Below the pieces are notes generated by a model, which saw only the letters and a program-made list of their open reading frames with translations, had not been told where the DNA came from and searched no databases. The position numbers and the translations under genes are program-made. A stretch of DNA of 25,032 nt from Fidelibacterota bacterium (GTDB taxonomy: Bacteria > Fidelibacterota > Fidelibacteria > Fidelibacterales > DSDE01): NCBI GenBank assembly GCA_046735395.1, contig JBJKQR010000080.1:1-25032 (forward strand), read 5' to 3'. Positions 8,333 through 16,548 of the stretch are shown piece by piece (position 1 is the stretch's first letter; every line of letters starts with the position of its first letter).

Positions 8333-9307
8333 TCAGAACGAAAACTCCCCGAAATCACTCAGATTCAGGATGGAATGTTTGCCCTGCACTACAGCGCCGG
8401 AGCCGATGATACTGTCACGAAGGACGCTGTTGAAAATCTGGCTGCCGGTATTGAAGATGCAGCTTTGAGCGATGGAATCCTCAACGATGGAATCTTCGGA
8501 AACGGTCACATTCGGCCCGAGGATGCATCGTTTTACAGAGGCGTTCTTACCGATATGTACAGGAGGAATCAGGACGCAGTCTTCGCTGCGGCCCAGAATC
8601 GTGTTCTGGTCTCCCAGCAGTGCGCCGGATGTGGAAATGAGCGTTTCCTTCTTGCCGCAGTCATACCAGCCGTCGATGTGTTCCGCCTGAAACACGTCCC
8701 CGCTATCAATCATGATTTTGAGCGCGTCAGTGAGCTGAAATTCATCCCGTGTCCGCCGGTCCTCGCGGATGAGGCGGTCAATGGCCCGCAGCAGCTGTCC
8801 CTGCTCCCGGATGTAATAGAGGCCGGCAATGGCCAGATTCGAAGGCGGATTCTCGGGTTTTTCGACCAGATCCGTGATGTGCTGCTCCGAGTCTGTGCTG
8901 ACGATACCGAAGCGCCGGGGATCTGTTACCTCCGCGACCCCGAGTGTATTGACATCAAGATTGCGGAATCGGGCCAGATCCGTTCTGAAGATCGTATCGC
9001 CCAGGAGGATGAGAACCGGCGAACGGCTGTCTTCCAGTCCGTAGCGCACGGCATGACCGAGTCCGAGCATTTCTGTCTGCACCGGAAAATTGAATTTGAC
9101 AGGATAGCGGTCCTGAAAATACTCAATGATGACGTCCTTGCGGTATCCGACAATAATGGATATTTCCGTGAATCCGACCCGGATCAGGTCTTCCACGATA
9201 TGAGCAAGGATGGGTTTTCCGGCCACATTCAGCATGACTTTGGGCAGGGCCAGGGTGTGGGGCAGCAGACGTTTGCCCATTCCGGCTGCAGGGATGACGG
9301 CTTTCAT
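8333..9307 (-). CDS. Sugar-1-phosphate nucleotidyltransferase (long-form glucose-1-phosphate thymidylyltransferase-like)
   Basis: 'PAAGMGKRLLPHTLALPK' nucleotide-binding motif, 'LGD', 'EKP', 'WYDCG', C-terminal hexapeptide-repeat region. GGAGG SD. Confidence 0.88.
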   Translation of the reverse strand: MKAVIPAAGMGKRLLPHTLALPKVMLNVAGKPILAHIVEDLIRVGFTEISIIVGYRKDVIIEYFQDRYPVKFNFPVQTEMLGLGHAVRYGLEDSRSPVLILLGDTIFRTDLARFRNLDVNTLGVAEVTDPRRFGIVSTDSEQHITDLVEKPENPPSNLAIAGLYYIREQGQLLRAIDRLIREDRRTRDEFQLTDALKIMIDSGDVFQAEHIDGWYDCGKKETLISTSGALLGDQNTILGRSEDCVLIPPVHIGKNASVKRCILGPNVTVSEDSIVEDSIAQSCIFNTGSQIFNSVLRDSIIGSGAVVQGKHSILNLSDFGEFSF

Positions 9308-9358
9308 GGATTCAAACCTCCCGGTTCGTTGTTTAACAGGGTTGTCGTGATGGTGGAT

Positions 9359-10339
9359 TCACTCAAAATCACCGGAAAATCGCTTGTCGTCCATCTCGGG
9401 TGTTTTGATCTGTATTTCCCGGCGGATTTTTTCCTGCAGAGCTTTGGCCGGATCTTCTCCGATCAGCTTCAGCAGGTGGTTGAGGGCTATGACTTCCGTA
9501 ATGACGGTGATGTTTTTTCCCGGAAAAATGGGAAGGCGGATAAAGGGAATTTCAATGTCGAGAACTTTCCGCAGCTCCGGATCCAGCCCGAAGCGTTCAT
9601 AGTGTTCATCCTCATTCCATTCCGCCAGCTCAATCTGAACTTCAACACGTTTCCGGGCTCTGACGGCACGAATCCCGAAGGCTTTGCGGATATCAATGAT
9701 TCCCACGCCACGGATCTCGATGGTGTTCTGCAACAGCGCTTCGCCGTAGCCCATGAGAATATTATCCGAAGCTTTTTCAATATTGACCACATCATCCGCA
9801 ACGAGGCGATGGCCGCGTTCGACCAGGTCAAGGGCGACCTCGCTCTTGCCGATACCCGACCGTCCGGTGAACAGGATACCCACACCATAGATGTCCATGA
9901 GCGTTCCGTGAATATTGATGCGGGCGGCGAATTCCTTATAGAGAAAAGCGCCGATTTCCTTCATGAATTCGGTACTGTCCAGTTTGGAGCGGAAGAGGGG
10001 AATTTCGGCCAGTTTTGCCATGCGTACAATGCGTCGGTCCACATCGATGTCGTCGACAAATACGAGACAGGGAATGGAGTAGTCGAAGAGTTTTTTGAAG
10101 ATGTTCCGGAAGGTCCGGTCGGACGTTCCCTGGAGAAAATTCATTTCCTTGCTGGAAATGACCTGTATCTCTTCGGGAGCGAAATGTTCCCAGAATCCGG
10201 CCAGCTCCAGGCCGGGGTTGTTGAGTTTCGAACTGACAATTTCCCGGTTCATGCCCGGATTTTCAGCTTCGCTCACCAGTTCAAGTGCGAGCCGTGATTT
10301 CATCTCAAGGAAAAAGCGATCTGTCGTCAATTTCTTCAT
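9359..10339 (-). CDS. hprK: HPr(Ser) kinase/phosphorylase
   Basis: 'PGLELAG', 'IHGTLMDIYGVGILFTGRSGIGKSE' Walker A, 'RGHRLVADD', 'EIRGVGII'. Confidence 0.96.
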   Translation of the reverse strand: MKKLTTDRFFLEMKSRLALELVSEAENPGMNREIVSSKLNNPGLELAGFWEHFAPEEIQVISSKEMNFLQGTSDRTFRNIFKKLFDYSIPCLVFVDDIDVDRRIVRMAKLAEIPLFRSKLDSTEFMKEIGAFLYKEFAARINIHGTLMDIYGVGILFTGRSGIGKSEVALDLVERGHRLVADDVVNIEKASDNILMGYGEALLQNTIEIRGVGIIDIRKAFGIRAVRARKRVEVQIELAEWNEDEHYERFGLDPELRKVLDIEIPFIRLPIFPGKNITVITEVIALNHLLKLIGEDPAKALQEKIRREIQIKTPEMDDKRFSGDFE

Positions 10340-10629
10340 CAGTGATTTTTCAACCCGTCCTTGTATTTTTTCAGCTGGCGTATCATTTTGGTAACGACAT
10401 CATCCACCGCTTTGGTGACTTCCGTGTCGACAGCTTCCGCTGTGAGGCTTTTACCGGGGACATTGGCCAGTACTTCGATCTTGAACTGCTCGGCTTCGAT
10501 GCTTTCGAGGATGACTTTGACATCCGTAATTCGGTCAAAATATTTCTTCATCTTTTCGACTTCCCGGTTCACGTAATTCTTCAGCTTTTCCGATGCTTCA
10601 AAATGTCTGACCGTAATTTCGAGTAACAT
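10339..10629 (-). CDS. hpf: Ribosome hibernation promoting factor / RaiA family (short form, 96 aa)
   Basis: 'EITVRHFEASEKLKNYV...AVD...RQLKKYK' S30AE pattern. GGAGG SD. TGATG overlap with hprK. Confidence 0.92.
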   Translation of the reverse strand: MLLEITVRHFEASEKLKNYVNREVEKMKKYFDRITDVKVILESIEAEQFKIEVLANVPGKSLTAEAVDTEVTKAVDDVVTKMIRQLKKYKDGLKNH

Positions 10630-10647
10630 AATTGACCTCCGGTTTTA

Positions 10648-11559
10648 TTATTTTTTTCCGGCTCGCGGATGAGCCTGTTCGTAAATTTTTTTCAGATGGT
10701 CGGTCCGGACATGCGTATAGATCTGGGTTGTGGACAGGTCCTCATGGCCGAGAAGGGAGCGGACCGCTTCCAGATCTGCGCCATTGTCGAGCAGGTGCGT
10801 TGCGAAGCTGTGGCGGAGGATGTGGGGGGATTTCTTCTTCATGGCGGGTGCGATGCGGGTTAGGATTTTCTTCACTCTGTCCTGAACAGCTCTGTGACTG
10901 ATGCGGCGTCCACGCCGTGATAAGATGAGCGGATCGCCGGAGAGTGCTTTGCCGAATATCTCCTTTCTTAATGATAAGTAATTCGTAATACTTTGGGAAG
11001 CATTTTTTCCCAGTGGAAGGACGCGCTGCTTGTTGCCTTTGCCGGTGACTCTCAAGAGGCCTTCCCGAAGATTGCAGTCGCCGATATTGGCGGAAATCAG
11101 TTCGGAAAGCCGGATACCCGTCCCATAGAGCAGTTCCACAACAGCCAGATCGCGGGCATTGATGAAGGGATCTTCGCTGTCGGGTTCGGTGAGCTGCTGC
11201 GCTTCCTCCTGAGTCAGGATGGCGGGCAGGCTTTTGGGTATGCGGGGTGTGCGGATGCTGTAGACAGGATTGACGGTAATCCATTCATTCTTCAGGGCGC
11301 GGGTAAAAAAGGATTTAAGGGTGGCCAGTTTTCGGGCAATGCTGCGGGCGCTCATTCCGTCTTCGGACAATTTGCCCAGCCAGTGGCGGATGCAGAGCTT
11401 GTCAATTTCCCTGACCGAAACCGAGTCTCTGCCTAAGTAGGTGATGAGAAAACGGTGAAAAGCCTCCAGGTCGCGGCGATAGGCTTTGCAGGTATGGGCA
11501 GAGTAATGCCGGATCTGATCCAGATAGCGGATGAAATCATCAATGTTACGGCTGAGCAT
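10648..11559 (-). CDS. xerC: Tyrosine recombinase XerC
   Basis: N-terminal 'YSAHT..AYRRDL' and catalytic R-K-H-R-H-Y set (GIRLSEL, GKGNK, HILRHSFATH, LLGH, TQIY). Housekeeping context. Confidence 0.9.
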   Translation of the reverse strand: MLSRNIDDFIRYLDQIRHYSAHTCKAYRRDLEAFHRFLITYLGRDSVSVREIDKLCIRHWLGKLSEDGMSARSIARKLATLKSFFTRALKNEWITVNPVYSIRTPRIPKSLPAILTQEEAQQLTEPDSEDPFINARDLAVVELLYGTGIRLSELISANIGDCNLREGLLRVTGKGNKQRVLPLGKNASQSITNYLSLRKEIFGKALSGDPLILSRRGRRISHRAVQDRVKKILTRIAPAMKKKSPHILRHSFATHLLDNGADLEAVRSLLGHEDLSTTQIYTHVRTDHLKKIYEQAHPRAGKK

Positions 11560-11562
11560 GCC

Positions 11563-12570
11563 TTATATTTCCTTAACTTTCCGCAGAATATCAAGTGTTT
11601 TCTGCATGTCATCGGGAAGGGGCGCCTGGATGGTCATATCCTCCTGCGTGACGGGATGGGTGAATGTGAGCTGGAAGCTGTGGAGGGCCTGCCGGTGGAG
11701 GGCATCCAGGATTTCAATGGCCGGTTTACGGTAAGCCGGGGCCAGGGATTTCAGTTTTTTTGTTCTGCCGCCGTATTCGGTATCGCCTACGACCGGGTGA
11801 CCGAGATCAGAAAAATGAACACGGATCTGGTGAGTCCGCCCGGTGATAATGCGAATTTTTACAAAGGACATGAAGCCGAAGCGTTCCAGCACTTCAAAGT
11901 GGGTTTCGGCATATTTGCCGTCCTTCTGAACCGCGAAGCGCTTCCGGTCTCCCTTGTGGCGGCCGATATTATTGATGATCTGACCCTGCGACTCCTTCTG
12001 CTCACCCCAGAGGACCGCGAGATAGGTTTTCTTCATTTCCCGGTTTTCAAATTTCCGGGCCAGGAGATTGTGGACCACATCATTTTTTGCGGCGATAATG
12101 ATGCCGCTGGTATTCTTATCGAGGCGATGGACAATGCCGGGTCGGTATTCACCATTGACGGTGCTCAGGCTGGTGCAGTAATTCGCGAGAGCATTCACGA
12201 GCGTGCCGCTGCGGTTGCCCACGGCCGGATGGACGACCATCCCCGGTGGCTTGGCGATGGCCAGCATATGTGAATCTTCGTAAAGGATCTGCAGAGGAAT
12301 AGCTTCCGGTTCCGCTCTCAACCGCCGCAGCATGGGAACCTTGACGGTGAGCATATCGCCGGATTTGATCTTGACGGACGGACGGCTTACGGTTTCATCA
12401 TTGAGAATGACATATTCGAGATCTATGAGCTGACAGGCCTTGGTTCGGGTCAGTCCGGCGATGGACCGGGCGATGAATTTGTCAATACGCTCGCTCTGGT
12501 GCTGTGGCGGCGCGATGATTTCATAAACCCGCAGGTCCTGGGTTTCCTCAAACAGTTCATCGACGCGCAT
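11563..12570 (-). CDS. rluD: RluA-family 23S rRNA pseudouridine synthase with S4 domain (RluD-like)
   Basis: 'RIDKF' S4 start, 'KPPGMVVHP', catalytic 'HRLDKNTSG', 'GRTHQIRVH', 'RQALH'. Confidence 0.93.
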   Translation of the reverse strand: MRVDELFEETQDLRVYEIIAPPQHQSERIDKFIARSIAGLTRTKACQLIDLEYVILNDETVSRPSVKIKSGDMLTVKVPMLRRLRAEPEAIPLQILYEDSHMLAIAKPPGMVVHPAVGNRSGTLVNALANYCTSLSTVNGEYRPGIVHRLDKNTSGIIIAAKNDVVHNLLARKFENREMKKTYLAVLWGEQKESQGQIINNIGRHKGDRKRFAVQKDGKYAETHFEVLERFGFMSFVKIRIITGRTHQIRVHFSDLGHPVVGDTEYGGRTKKLKSLAPAYRKPAIEILDALHRQALHSFQLTFTHPVTQEDMTIQAPLPDDMQKTLDILRKVKEI

Positions 12571-12736
12571 AGAGCGGCACCTTTCGTCAGATTTGCCGGT
12601 TCGGCCCGGTCATGTCATATCTGTAACGATTCAAAGCTATATTGTGTTTCTCGTTTATCAGAGAAATTAGGATTTGATATAAGTCATAAATCCTGCAGCT
12701 GACTGCCCTGGATCTGTAGAGCCGGGGATGGGACGG

Positions 12737-13132
12737 CTATTTGATCTTTGATTTACAATCGACGCAGTGCCGTGTATGAGGCACTTCTTCGAGCCGGGCA
12801 TCGGGGATTCGGCCGCCGCATTCAATGCAGAAACCGAAGGTTGGATCCGTTTCGATTCGTTCCAGCGCTTCATTGAGGTGTGACAGAAATTTATTCTCCC
12901 GGGCGAAATGCATGAACATTTTTTCCCGTTCGGCCGCATCCGTTCCCACATCCGCCATGTGATAGGCGTAATTGGAATCAACAGAAGCCTCATTTCCGGG
13001 AGATGAACTCAGATATGCCTCGCGTTTATACTCGAGTTTCTTAATGAGTTTTTCCCGTTTTTCACTGATGACTTTCCGGAAATAATCCAGCTCTTTTTTT
13101 GTCAGTTTTTTCTTTTTTCCCTCTTCGCCCAT
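12737..13132 (-). CDS. TraR/DksA family C4-type zinc-finger protein
   Basis: Coiled coil with 'HMADVGTD' tip and CxxC-x17-CxxC (CIEC...CVDC). Start placed at the ATG at 13132 after AAGGAG/GGAG. Confidence 0.9.
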   Translation of the reverse strand: MGEEGKKKKLTKKELDYFRKVISEKREKLIKKLEYKREAYLSSSPGNEASVDSNYAYHMADVGTDAAEREKMFMHFARENKFLSHLNEALERIETDPTFGFCIECGGRIPDARLEEVPHTRHCVDCKSKIK

Positions 13133-13145
13133 CTCCACATCTCCT

Positions 13146-16100
13146 TTATATCCGGCTAATACGGACGGATAGCAGTTTTTTCCCAAGCGTAATATCCTTG
13201 TCGATTTCAGGATTTGCCATATCCTGAATCACATCAACGGCCAGTACTTCCTGTTTGAGGTAGTCCAGGTTTGCCATAACGGCTTTAATGAGTTCCTCAT
13301 CCCCGTTCACAGCCAGGGTGATGCGGTCGTCAACTTTGAAATCAGCTTCTTTTCTCAGTGTCTGAATATTTCTGACGATATCCCGGACCAGTCCCTCCTC
13401 CCGGAGTTCATCGCTGATGAAGGTGTCCACTGCCACGAAATAGCCCTTATCTTCAATGGCAGCCAGATTTTCCCGTTCCTGCATGGTGACGAGGAGATCG
13501 CTGTTTTCCAGTGTATATCCCTCAACACTTATGGATTCACCGGCATTGACTCTTGACGCGAGTTCTGCCGCATCCATGGCGGCGAGAGCCTTCTGAACCA
13601 GCGGAAGATCCTTGCCGAGGCGTTTGCCCAGAAGGGTGAAATTCGGTTTGACCGAATAGGACACGAGTCCGGACAGATCTTCGGTGATGTCTACCTGCTT
13701 GATGTTGAGTTCTTCGATAATCTGATCTTTTAATTTTTCCACATAGGAATTTTCCCGGGGGTTGCGCGTCTTCACGATAATGGATGCCAGCGGCTGCCGT
13801 ACACGCAGGTTCGCCTTGTTACGGGCTGCGCGTCCCATCTCGACGACCTTGATGATGGTGTCGATCTCCTCGCTGAGTTCAGGCCGGATCATGGCTTCAT
13901 CCGCTTCCGGGAAGGCGTTCAGGTGGACGCTTTCCGGGGCATCCGGATCCACGGAACAGACCAGGTTGCGATACATGTCCTCGGTCATGAAGGGAATGAC
14001 GGGCGCGATGGCGATGATGATATTCTTCAGTGTGTCGTACAGCGTCTGATAGGCCGCGATCTTATCCCCGTCGTTCTCACTCTTCCAGAAACGGCGGCGG
14101 CTGCGGCGAACATACCAGTTGGACAGATTGTCCAGCAGTTCCTCAATCCGGCGCATGAGTTTTTCCACATGAAAGCCGTCATAGTCGGCTTTTGCTTCGC
14201 GGAGGAAGAGGTGGAGCTTGGACAGCATCCATTTATCCAGATCCGCCAGGTCATCATAGGGAATGCGGCGGGTATTCGGATTATAATTGTCAATATCGGC
14301 ATACGTGATGAAGAAGGAATAGGTGTTCCAGAGCGTCAGCATTTTTTTTCGGATATCATTGGCCGGGCCATAGCCGAAGTTCAGGTTGTTTTCCGGGTTG
14401 TGGGCGGCGTACATCCAGCGCATGACATCGACGCCGATTTTTTCCGCGGCATCGTCGAACCAGATCGCATTTCCGGCGCTCTTGTGCATGTCGTTGCCGT
14501 TCTCATCCTTTACCAGAGCATGGCCGAGAATGGTTTCAAACGGTGCCTTGTTCTCCAGAACCGTACTCATGGCCAGCAGGGAATAAAACCAGTTTCGGAA
14601 CTGGCCCGGGAGGCTTTCGGTGATGAATTTGGGCGGAAACCACTGTTCCCAGTAGTCATGATCGGAAATGTAGCCCAGGGTGCTGTAGGGAACGATCCCG
14701 GCGTCCAGCCAGGGATTTCCCACGTCGGGAATACGCTTGACCGGCGCGCCGCATTTTTCACAGCTGATCTCCAGATTGTCGATATAGGGCTTGTGAGGCG
14801 TATGGCCTTCGAACTGGTCCCAGCCCTTTACGGTACGGGATTTCAGCTCATCGAATCCGCCGATGACATGTATTTTGCCGCAGTTCTTACACTCCCAGAT
14901 GGGCAGACTCAGCCCCCAGTAGCGTTTCTTGCTGATCATCCAGTCGCCCATGTTCTTCAGCCAGTCCATCTCGCGGTCATAGCCCCAGGCCGGAATCCAG
15001 TTGATGTCCTTGACCACATTCATGATCTCATGACGAAGCTCGTCCATGGAGATAAACCATTCGTCCACCAGACGGAAGACCAGGGGCGTTCCATGACGCC
15101 AGCAGACCGGATAGCGGTGCGTGATCTGGTCGATTTTGTAAACAATTCCCTTTTCCTTGAGATTGCTGAAGATGACGGGGTTGATGTCATCCACGTTCTG
15201 TCCTGTGAGATAATCAAATTTTTCCAGATAATTTCCGAATTCATCGAGCGGCGCGATGACGGCGATATCGTTTTCCTTGGAGAGGGCAAAATCCTCCTTG
15301 CCGCAGCCGGGAGCGATATGGACAATGCCGGTTCCGTCGCTTTCGCTCACATCCACCCAGGGAATGACCTTGTGATTCACGCCGGCCTGAATGGTCAGGT
15401 CATCGAAAGGCCCGTGATACTCGAGTCCGAGAAGATCCCGGCCCTTCATTTCCTCAACAATTTCGAATTTTCCGGTGAGAATGGATGTAAGGTTCTTTGC
15501 GAGATAATAAAATTCATTTTCCTGCCGGACCTTCACATAGTCCAGATCAGGATTGACGGCAGCAGCCGTATTCGAGCTCAGTGTCCAGGGAGTGGTGGTC
15601 CATACGAGGAGAGCCGTATCGGCCTTTTCCTTCAGATAAAATTTCACAAAGACCGTTTTATGGGTCATTTCCTTGTAGCCTTCGGTGGCGATTTCATGTT
15701 CCGAGAGAGCGGATCCGCAGCGTGTGCACCAGGGCATGACATCGAAGCCTTTATAAATCCAGCCGCGTTCGTGCACCTTTTTCAGGAAATGCCAGATGGT
15801 GTAATTATTTTCATCGGACATGGTGTAGTAACTGTTGTCCCAGTCCATCCAGTAGCCGAGCCGTTTGCTCTGTTCCGTCTGAACGCGGGAATATTTTACA
15901 ACCCTGTCCTTGCAGGCCTGAACGAATTTTTCCACGCCATAGGCTTCAATATCGGTCTTGGATTTGAAACCCAGTTCCTTTTCCACTTCCACTTCGACCC
16001 AGAGGCCCTGACAGTCAAAGCCGTTCTGGTAGCGGAGTTCCTGTCCGAGCATGCCGTGGTAACGGTTGAAGATATCCTTGAGGGTCCGGCCCCAGGCGTG

Positions 16101-16271
16101 ATGAACACCCATGGGGTTATTGGCGGTGATGGGACCATCGAGGAAGGACCATTTTTCATTGCCCTTGTTGCGGGCTCTCAGCTTGTTGAAAATATCCTTT
16201 TCCTTCCAGAAATCAAGCTGTTCATGTTCCAGTCCGATAAAATCCACTTTGCTCGAAACACTTTTATACAT
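13146..16271 (-). CDS. ileS: Isoleucine--tRNA ligase, type 2 (IleRS2)
   Basis: 'DGPITAN', 'GFDCQGL', 'WTTTPWTL', 'GTGIVHIAP', 'DWMISKKRYWG', 'LSNWYVRRSRRRFW', type-2 C-terminus 'EGLVRDIVRNIQTLRK'. AGGAG SD. Confidence 0.97.
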   Translation of the reverse strand: MYKSVSSKVDFIGLEHEQLDFWKEKDIFNKLRARNKGNEKWSFLDGPITANNPMGVHHAWGRTLKDIFNRYHGMLGQELRYQNGFDCQGLWVEVEVEKELGFKSKTDIEAYGVEKFVQACKDRVVKYSRVQTEQSKRLGYWMDWDNSYYTMSDENNYTIWHFLKKVHERGWIYKGFDVMPWCTRCGSALSEHEIATEGYKEMTHKTVFVKFYLKEKADTALLVWTTTPWTLSSNTAAAVNPDLDYVKVRQENEFYYLAKNLTSILTGKFEIVEEMKGRDLLGLEYHGPFDDLTIQAGVNHKVIPWVDVSESDGTGIVHIAPGCGKEDFALSKENDIAVIAPLDEFGNYLEKFDYLTGQNVDDINPVIFSNLKEKGIVYKIDQITHRYPVCWRHGTPLVFRLVDEWFISMDELRHEIMNVVKDINWIPAWGYDREMDWLKNMGDWMISKKRYWGLSLPIWECKNCGKIHVIGGFDELKSRTVKGWDQFEGHTPHKPYIDNLEISCEKCGAPVKRIPDVGNPWLDAGIVPYSTLGYISDHDYWEQWFPPKFITESLPGQFRNWFYSLLAMSTVLENKAPFETILGHALVKDENGNDMHKSAGNAIWFDDAAEKIGVDVMRWMYAAHNPENNLNFGYGPANDIRKKMLTLWNTYSFFITYADIDNYNPNTRRIPYDDLADLDKWMLSKLHLFLREAKADYDGFHVEKLMRRIEELLDNLSNWYVRRSRRRFWKSENDGDKIAAYQTLYDTLKNIIIAIAPVIPFMTEDMYRNLVCSVDPDAPESVHLNAFPEADEAMIRPELSEEIDTIIKVVEMGRAARNKANLRVRQPLASIIVKTRNPRENSYVEKLKDQIIEELNIKQVDITEDLSGLVSYSVKPNFTLLGKRLGKDLPLVQKALAAMDAAELASRVNAGESISVEGYTLENSDLLVTMQERENLAAIEDKGYFVAVDTFISDELREEGLVRDIVRNIQTLRKEADFKVDDRITLAVNGDEELIKAVMANLDYLKQEVLAVDVIQDMANPEIDKDITLGKKLLSVRISRI

Positions 16272-16346
16272 TCAGTCTCCTGCTGCGATAATTAGGCCTG
16301 CGTATGTTAGTTGATGTCATCACGAACGCTCCACATACAAGGGCTA

Positions 16347-16375
16347 AATTTACCCCAAGTATCGAATAAAGTCAA
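16347..16375 (-). promoter_or_regulatory. Putative sigma70 promoter of the ileS operon
   Basis: TTGACT (16375-16370) - 17 nt - TAAATT (16352-16347), about 75 nt upstream of the ileS ATG. Confidence 0.65.
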
Positions 16376-16489
16376 TCCGCGAAAGTCAAATATCCATGGG
16401 GCCGGGAGCGGCCTTCCGAATAATGGAACCGGGGTGGCTGCGTTCCTGCGGATATTTCGCCGGATTGCGGTCCCGAAAGCTTCCGGAAT

Positions 16490-16520
16490 AAAAAAAAACA
16501 CCCGGACAAAGCCGGGTGTC
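16490..16520 (-). terminator. Intrinsic terminator after hflC
   Basis: Minus strand ACACCCGG-ctttgt-CCGGGTGT followed by a long T run, about 30 nt after the hflC stop. Confidence 0.9.
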
Positions 16521-16548
16521 TGAAAGATCATTCAGGTTGATCAGGGTT

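Noticed and set aside
8375..10297. 640-aa plus-strand ORF spanning the nucleotidyltransferase and hprK
   Set aside because: Antisense shadow of two real genes that happen to share a frame; no SD or domain signature.
10648..11559. Tyrosine recombinase as a phage, island or integron integrase
   Set aside because: Size, motifs and tight housekeeping context fit XerC. No IntI insertion, att repeats, tRNA or cargo genes.
12575..12600. c-di-GMP-I riboswitch-like 'GGCAAA...GAAA' upstream of rluD
   Set aside because: The GAAA-capped stem does not pair and the second hairpin is missing; only a weak 5-bp stem around the SD remains.
12672..12699. Possible dif site near xerC (minus-strand TTATATCAAAT resembles the XerD arm TTATGTTAAAT)
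   Set aside because: The matching XerC arm (GCTGCAGGATT) lacks the conserved ATAA end and matches poorly, and dif need not lie near xerC.
13923..16295. 790-aa plus-strand ORF antisense to ileS
   Set aside because: Codon-aligned shadow of a conserved gene with no recognisable motifs. Similar shadows lie opposite most genes here, so codon bias explains it.
16272..16346. T-box riboswitch upstream of ileS
   Set aside because: The predicted leader is only about 70 nt, with no T-box consensus or terminator.
16307..16531. Short ORFs on both strands in the ileS-hflC intergenic region
   Set aside because: They run through the terminator and promoter, lack an SD and have no protein-like features.
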